NCBI GenBank assembly: GCA_030612025.1
Contig: JAUWOR010000005.1
Location: forward strand, 48,605 to 112,604
DNA length: 64,000 nucleotides
Direction of reading: 5' to 3'
Source of the DNA: Dehalococcoidia bacterium
GTDB lineage: Bacteria; Chloroflexota; Dehalococcoidia; GIF9; AB-539-J10
This document shows positions 59,395-64,000 of the stretch, piece after piece. The translations under genes and the position numbers were made by a program. Each line of letters starts with the position of its first letter. The stretch's first letter is position 1. Under the pieces are notes generated by a model, which was not told where the DNA came from, did no database searches, and saw nothing but the letters and a program-made list of their open reading frames with translations.

Positions 59395-61989
59395 ATGTTT
59401 AAGTGGCTTGGTGGTCTAGTTGATTCTAATGAGAAGGAGCTGAAGCGCCTTCAGCCTCTGGTTGCTCATATAAATTCAATCGAGCCTGAGTTTGAAAAGC
59501 TCAGCGATGCTGAGCTTCGAGCTAAAACTGATGAGTTTAAGGCTCGGCTAAAGGGTGGCGAAAGCTTAGATGAGCTTTTACCCGAAGCCTATGCTGCCGT
59601 TAGAGAAGCAGCTAAGCGAACTATCGGGCAAAGGCACTTTGATGTCCAGTTAATGGGAGGCGTTGTCCTTCATCAGGGCAAAATAGCTGAAATGAAGACT
59701 GGTGAGGGGAAAACTCTGGTAGCTACCTTGCCTCTTTACCTTAACGCTTTTACCGAGAAAGGTTGCCATTTAGTCACTGTTAACGATTATCTAGCTAAGC
59801 GTGATTGCCACTGGATGGGCCCTATTTATCATGCCTTGGGAGTAAGCGTTGCCAGTATCCATGCTCGGCAAACCCCGGACCATCCCGCCCCCTCCTATAT
59901 CTATGACCCAGATTATGAATCAGAAGATAAGAAATGGAATTTTCTCCGTCCTATAACTCGTCGCCAGGCGTATGAGGCGGACATAACGTATGGCACAAAC
60001 AATGAGTTTGGTTTTGATTATCTCAGGGACAATATGGTTTTGGATTTATCTCAATGCGTACAACAGCCGCTTAACTACGCTATCGTTGACGAGGTTGATA
60101 ATATCCTCATCGACGAGGCCCGCACCCCGCTAATTATCAGCGGAGCTGCTGAGGAAGCTACTCAAAGGTATTATACCTTTGCCTATCTGGTTTCCGGGCT
60201 TAAAAAGGATGAGGATTACTCTATTGATGAGCGAACGCGCACAGTCCATCTTACGGATGACGTTGGCATCACCAAGGTGGAGAAGATGCTAAAAAAGGAA
60301 GGCCTACTTAAAGCGCCCAACCTTTATGACCCCTCTAATTATTTCCTTACCCAATATTTGGAGAGCGCGCTCAAGGCTCATGCCTTGTTTAAGAGGGACC
60401 GTGACTACGTAGTTAAAAATGGGCAAGTCATCATCGTAGATGAATTCACCGGTAGGCTGATGTTTGGCCGAAGGTATTCCCAGGGACTGCATCAGGCTAT
60501 CGAAGCTAAAGAGAGAGTAAAGATACAGAGGGAAAGTGTTACCCTGGCTACTATTACTTTCCAGAATTATTTCCGTATGTATCGGAAGTTAGCTGGCATG
60601 ACTGGCACTGCCGCCACTGAAGCTGAGGAATTTTACAAGATTTATAAATTAGAAGTAGTAGTCATACCTACAAACAAGTCATTGGTTCGCACTGAGCATC
60701 CTGACCAGGTTTACAAAGATGAGAAAGCCAAATTTGGAGCTGTAACCAGGGAAATTGACCAATTACATAATCAGGGTAGGCCAATCCTCATAGGCACAAC
60801 TTCTATTGAGAAATCGGAATATTTAAGCGACCTGTTAAGAAGGAAAGGCATACCGCATCAGGTGCTAAATGCCAAAAATCATGAAAAGGAAGCTGGCATC
60901 ATTGCTCAAGCTGGGCGTACAGAAGCGGTGACTGTGGCTACCAATATGGCCGGGCGTGGTGTAGATATCATTCTTGGTGGCAACCCTGAGGGGCGTGAGC
61001 AAGGGGAATGGCTTGAGGAGCATAATAAAGTGGTTGAGCTTAGTGGGCTTCATATTATTGGCACGGAGCATCATGAAGCCAGGCGCATTGATAATCAGCT
61101 TCGTGGTCGAGCGGGAAGACAAGGAGACCCGGGCAGCTCTCGATTTTATGCTTCCTTGGAGGACGAGATCCTTCGCCGTTTTGGCGGTGACCGTGTTAAG
61201 GGACTTATGCAATGGGCTGGCATGGATGAGAACACTCCTATTGAGCATCCTCTGGTCACCAAGACCATAACAAATGCTCAGGTTCAGACAGAAGGCTACC
61301 ACTTTGATATTCGTAAGCATCTTGTGGAATATGACGATGTGGTCAACAGGCACCGTGAAGTGATTTACGCCGAGAGAAAAAAGATATTGAGTGGCGCCGA
61401 CTTAAGGGCGAACATAATCTCTATGATTCAAGATGAAATCCAAGGCTTGGTAACCACTCACTTTGACCATAATTTGGGCGAGCTGGATTTACCTGGTTTG
61501 CTTGAAGACGTTTCTCGTATTTTACCAGTACCCCAGACCGTCATTGCGAGCGGAGTGAAGCAATTTCAGTCCAACGGCAAGCAAATCACGGAGAAGCTAA
61601 ATGACTATGCCATCGAGCTTTATAATCAGCGGGAGCAGGAGCTAGGCCCTGATAATATGCGCCTGGTAGAGAGGTTGGTGATGCTTCGTGTCATCGATGG
61701 ATTATGGAAGGAACATCTTACTGCTATGGAGCACATGCGGCAGGGAATAGGTTTACGTGCTGCTGGTCAACAACAACCGCTGGTAGTCTATAAGAGGGAA
61801 GGACATGCTCTTTTCGATAGCCTCTTGGCTAATATCCAGCATGATGTTGCCCACAGCATTTACCATGTTGGCATTACCAGAGAACCTCCACGCAAAAAGA
61901 CAGCGGTAATAGCTGGTAAGAAAGTTGGTCGCAACGACCCTTGCCCCTGCGGCTCAGGCAAGAAGTACAAATACTGCTGTGGGAGGTAA
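59395..61989 (+). CDS. secA: Preprotein translocase subunit SecA
   Basis: [46 protein letters not shown] tail. Confidence 0.98.
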   Translation: MFKWLGGLVDSNEKELKRLQPLVAHINSIEPEFEKLSDAELRAKTDEFKARLKGGESLDELLPEAYAAVREAAKRTIGQRHFDVQLMGGVVLHQGKIAEMKTGEGKTLVATLPLYLNAFTEKGCHLVTVNDYLAKRDCHWMGPIYHALGVSVASIHARQTPDHPAPSYIYDPDYESEDKKWNFLRPITRRQAYEADITYGTNNEFGFDYLRDNMVLDLSQCVQQPLNYAIVDEVDNILIDEARTPLIISGAAEEATQRYYTFAYLVSGLKKDEDYSIDERTRTVHLTDDVGITKVEKMLKKEGLLKAPNLYDPSNYFLTQYLESALKAHALFKRDRDYVVKNGQVIIVDEFTGRLMFGRRYSQGLHQAIEAKERVKIQRESVTLATITFQNYFRMYRKLAGMTGTAATEAEEFYKIYKLEVVVIPTNKSLVRTEHPDQVYKDEKAKFGAVTREIDQLHNQGRPILIGTTSIEKSEYLSDLLRRKGIPHQVLNAKNHEKEAGIIAQAGRTEAVTVATNMAGRGVDIILGGNPEGREQGEWLEEHNKVVELSGLHIIGTEHHEARRIDNQLRGRAGRQGDPGSSRFYASLEDEILRRFGGDRVKGLMQWAGMDENTPIEHPLVTKTITNAQVQTEGYHFDIRKHLVEYDDVVNRHREVIYAERKKILSGADLRANIISMIQDEIQGLVTTHFDHNLGELDLPGLLEDVSRILPVPQTVIASGVKQFQSNGKQITEKLNDYAIELYNQREQELGPDNMRLVERLVMLRVIDGLWKEHLTAMEHMRQGIGLRAAGQQQPLVVYKREGHALFDSLLANIQHDVAHSIYHVGITREPPRKKTAVIAGKKVGRNDPCPCGSGKKYKYCCGR

Positions 61990-62005
61990 GCAATGTTCTT
62001 ATACT

Positions 62006-62034
62006 TGTCATTGCGAGCGAAGCGAAGCAATCTC
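62006..62034. repeat. GTCATTGCG-family repeat
   Basis: TGTCATTGCGAGCGAAGCGAAGCAATCTC. Confidence 0.88.
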
Positions 62035-62061
62035 AGCTTACTGTAGATAGGGAGGAGTCAC

Positions 62062-62274
62062 ATGAAGAAATCGTCGGAAGTTGAGGTCAAGATTGGTTTT
62101 TCTGTTGAGGATTTAGCCACCGCACTACGAGAGCTAAGCGATCAGGACAGAGAATTCTTTATTGAAAACCTCTTAGCTGCTACAAGCCCTGAATATTTGA
62201 AAAGCATTGATGAGGCGCGGAGGGATTACAAAGAGGGAAGAACCGTTTCCTATGAAGAGCTGTTCAAGGTGTAG
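62062..62274 (+). CDS. Putative antitoxin
   Basis: Small acidic protein ending SIDEARRDYKEGRTVSYEELF, upstream of a RelE gene. Confidence 0.75.
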   Translation: MKKSSEVEVKIGFSVEDLATALRELSDQDREFFIENLLAATSPEYLKSIDEARRDYKEGRTVSYEELFKV

Positions 62275-62285
62275 GTTCAACCTGG

Positions 62286-62540
62286 ATGAAGTATAAAATT
62301 GTTTTCACTAGAAGGGCGGTGAAGGATATTCGTAAGTTGGAGCCAGACGTTAAAGAAAGGATAGGAGATGCTCTAATAAGATATAGTAAAGACCCTTTGG
62401 GTTATGCGAGGAGAATGGTTGATCCTTCCTTAGGAAGTTACAGATTTAGAGTCGGAGACTACAGAGTTATTTTTGACCTTGAAGGTGATGAAATCGTAGT
62501 GCTGCGTGTCGGTCACCGTAGGGAAATTTATCGAGAGTAA
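62286..62540 (+). CDS. RelE/ParE family toxin
   Basis: YKIVFT..A.KD..KL, YRFRVGDYRVIF, VLRVGHRREIY. Confidence 0.93.
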   Translation: MKYKIVFTRRAVKDIRKLEPDVKERIGDALIRYSKDPLGYARRMVDPSLGSYRFRVGDYRVIFDLEGDEIVVLRVGHRREIYRE

Positions 62541-62559
62541 TGAGAATTCAATGAGGGAT

Positions 62560-62619
62560 GCAATGACCCCTGCTCTTGTGGTTCGGGCAAGAAATACAAA
62601 TATTGCTGTGGGAGGTAAA
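62560..62619 (+). repeat. Diverged duplicate of the secA 3' end (SEC-C motif plus stop)
   Basis: Encodes [18 protein letters not shown] versus sec[19 protein letters not shown]; no in-frame start. Confidence 0.9.
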
Positions 62620-62717
62620 CATGGCAAGGATAGGAAAAATAAAGGAAATCAAGGTTGTGCCGAGGATAGGTAAAATTATCTCCCTTGAGTTTTTGGCTAA
62701 GCAAAAAGGTATTCAGC

Positions 62718-63143
62718 ATGGTAAGAATCAGGATAAAAATAAATTCTCTCAAGGGTAAGCCGCCTTTGGAGGTCAGTTCATTACTGAACACCGGTTTTGG
62801 AACTGAGGAGCCTGAGGTGCTTGTGCCCGTGAAGGTGGCCGAAAAACTGAGCTTCTGGCCTGAGCTCCCTGAAGGCGCAATGGTCAAAGCTTATGAGACT
62901 ACTGGGGGCATAGCTAGAATGTATCGCATCTCTAAGGCTATCGAAATTCAGGCGGCTACAGGGGATAAAATCTCTAAGCCTGTAAAGTGCTCTCTAGTTA
63001 TTTCCGAAATAGAGAACGAAGTTCTTTTAAGTGACAGAACAATAGAAGAACTCAATATAATAATTGAAAGCCCTGCGAAGGGATTATGGAAGTTCAAGGA
63101 CGACGTTGAACTCAGAAACAGCGTTGAGCCTCAGTATTGGTGA
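62718..63143 (+). CDS. Retropepsin-like (clan AA) fold protein with NTG in place of DTG
   Basis: SLLNTGF...VLVP.KVAEKL...ETTGG...EVLLSD..IEELNI. Confidence 0.6.
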   Translation: MVRIRIKINSLKGKPPLEVSSLLNTGFGTEEPEVLVPVKVAEKLSFWPELPEGAMVKAYETTGGIARMYRISKAIEIQAATGDKISKPVKCSLVISEIENEVLLSDRTIEELNIIIESPAKGLWKFKDDVELRNSVEPQYW

Positions 63144-63157
63144 AAAGGGAGGCTAAA

Positions 63158-63352
63158 ATGATGAAAGCTCGCTTAGGTGTTACTACATGTGATAAATGCG
63201 GGAAGCTAATGGAAAAAGGGCAAACCATCCTTATTGTAGCAGAAGGCAATGTTACAGAATCAGGTGAGGAGCTAAACTTCCAGGGCTCCTGTGTCCGATA
63301 TGCTTGCCACCTTGACTGCTGGGATGGCTTTGAGGAAAATGAGAATAAATGA
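63158..63352 (+). CDS. Small putative zinc-binding protein
   Basis: CDKCG...ACHLDC; SD GGGAGG. Confidence 0.6.
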   Translation: MMKARLGVTTCDKCGKLMEKGQTILIVAEGNVTESGEELNFQGSCVRYACHLDCWDGFEENENK

Positions 63353-63461
63353 AGTTAAGTGATTTGATAGAAGTGCATGGTGAGAAATAGAGATATGGCA
63401 ACCTATTAAGAAAGAGGTGGCCTTAATTAATAAAAGAATAGCTTAGGGGGGTATAATATAA

Positions 63462-64000
63462 ATGGAACGGGATTCAAACTTTCAAATGCTGTCTTGGTTT
63501 ACAGATCAACATAGAATGGGGAATCTGGATTTAGAGCCTCCGTATCAAAGAAAAAGTATTTGGAATAATGACTACAAAGTCTATTTCATTGATACAATTC
63601 TTCGGAACTTCCCTTGTCCAACCATATTCCTGGCAGTTGAGATTAGTCCGACCGGCATTACTAAATACCATGTTGTTGATGGTAAGCAAAGACTTTTAAC
63701 AGTTTTCGAATTTGTAAGAGATGAATTAGCTATATCATCAGAGAAATATAGTGACCCTGATTACGCCGGTAAGTATTTTTCACAACTGCCAGACAAAGTA
63801 AAAGCTGGTTTCTGGGGGTATAAGTTTACAATAGAATATCTCAAGGACGCGAATAGAGTAGACTTAAATCAGTGTTTTGACAGGTTGAACAGAAATGTTG
63901 CTCGGTTAAATGCACAAGAGCTACGTCATGCACGGTTCGCTGGAGTATTCATCACTTATGTAACCCAATTAGTAGATGATCCATTCTGGCGTGATATGGG
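63462..64000 (+). CDS. DUF262 (ParB-like, GmrSD N-terminal) domain protein, runs off the window
   Basis: Manual translation: LEPPYQRKSIW...FIDTILRNFPCPTIFL...VVDGKQRL...FDRLNR...LNAQELRHA. Confidence 0.85.
   Translation, partial: MERDSNFQMLSWFTDQHRMGNLDLEPPYQRKSIWNNDYKVYFIDTILRNFPCPTIFLAVEISPTGITKYHVVDGKQRLLTVFEFVRDELAISSEKYSDPDYAGKYFSQLPDKVKAGFWGYKFTIEYLKDANRVDLNQCFDRLNRNVARLNAQELRHARFAGVFITYVTQLVDDPFWRDM

Noticed and set aside
2470-62034. Dispersed repeats as a CRISPR array or integron attC sites
   Set aside because: No regular repeat-spacer periodicity, no cas or intI gene, and no consistent RYYYAAC/GTTRRRY boundaries.

Overview
Bacterial chromosomal segment, most consistent with a Dehalococcoidia (Chloroflexota) genome. 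This is inferred from gene content and order and was not verified by search. It is mostly housekeeping: speD-speB, thiC, argS, recG, fakA/DegV, rpmB, rpe, argJBDG...argH, yebC-ruvCA, uvrB, pepA, rnc, tRNA-Gln/tRNA-Glu, trpS, gatCA, EF-G-like, etfBA, gltX, rluD-lspA-dksA, hrcA-grpE-dnaK with CIRCE, prs, secA. There are two accessory hotspots with no visible integrase or transposase. (1) About 12.7 kb lies between argG and argH. It holds radC, MNT-HEPN and VapBC-type TA pairs, a two-gene operon (PD-(D/E)XK-DGQHR-HEPN protein plus radical SAM enzyme, the best candidate for an undescribed defence or DNA-modification system), an RNA-binding/rpsU cluster and UPF0182. These modules are separated by repeated scars: 5' ends of a Mod-like methyltransferase and a Fic-like gene, and partial copies of the argH upstream region. 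(2) Downstream of secA are a RelBE-like pair bounded by a duplicated secA 3' end and a partial DUF262 gene. Several short palindromic repeat families are scattered through the window and sit in-frame inside conserved genes (recG, gatA, rluD, secA) or form their C-termini (argH, argD, rnc). glyA and one degV are pseudogenes.
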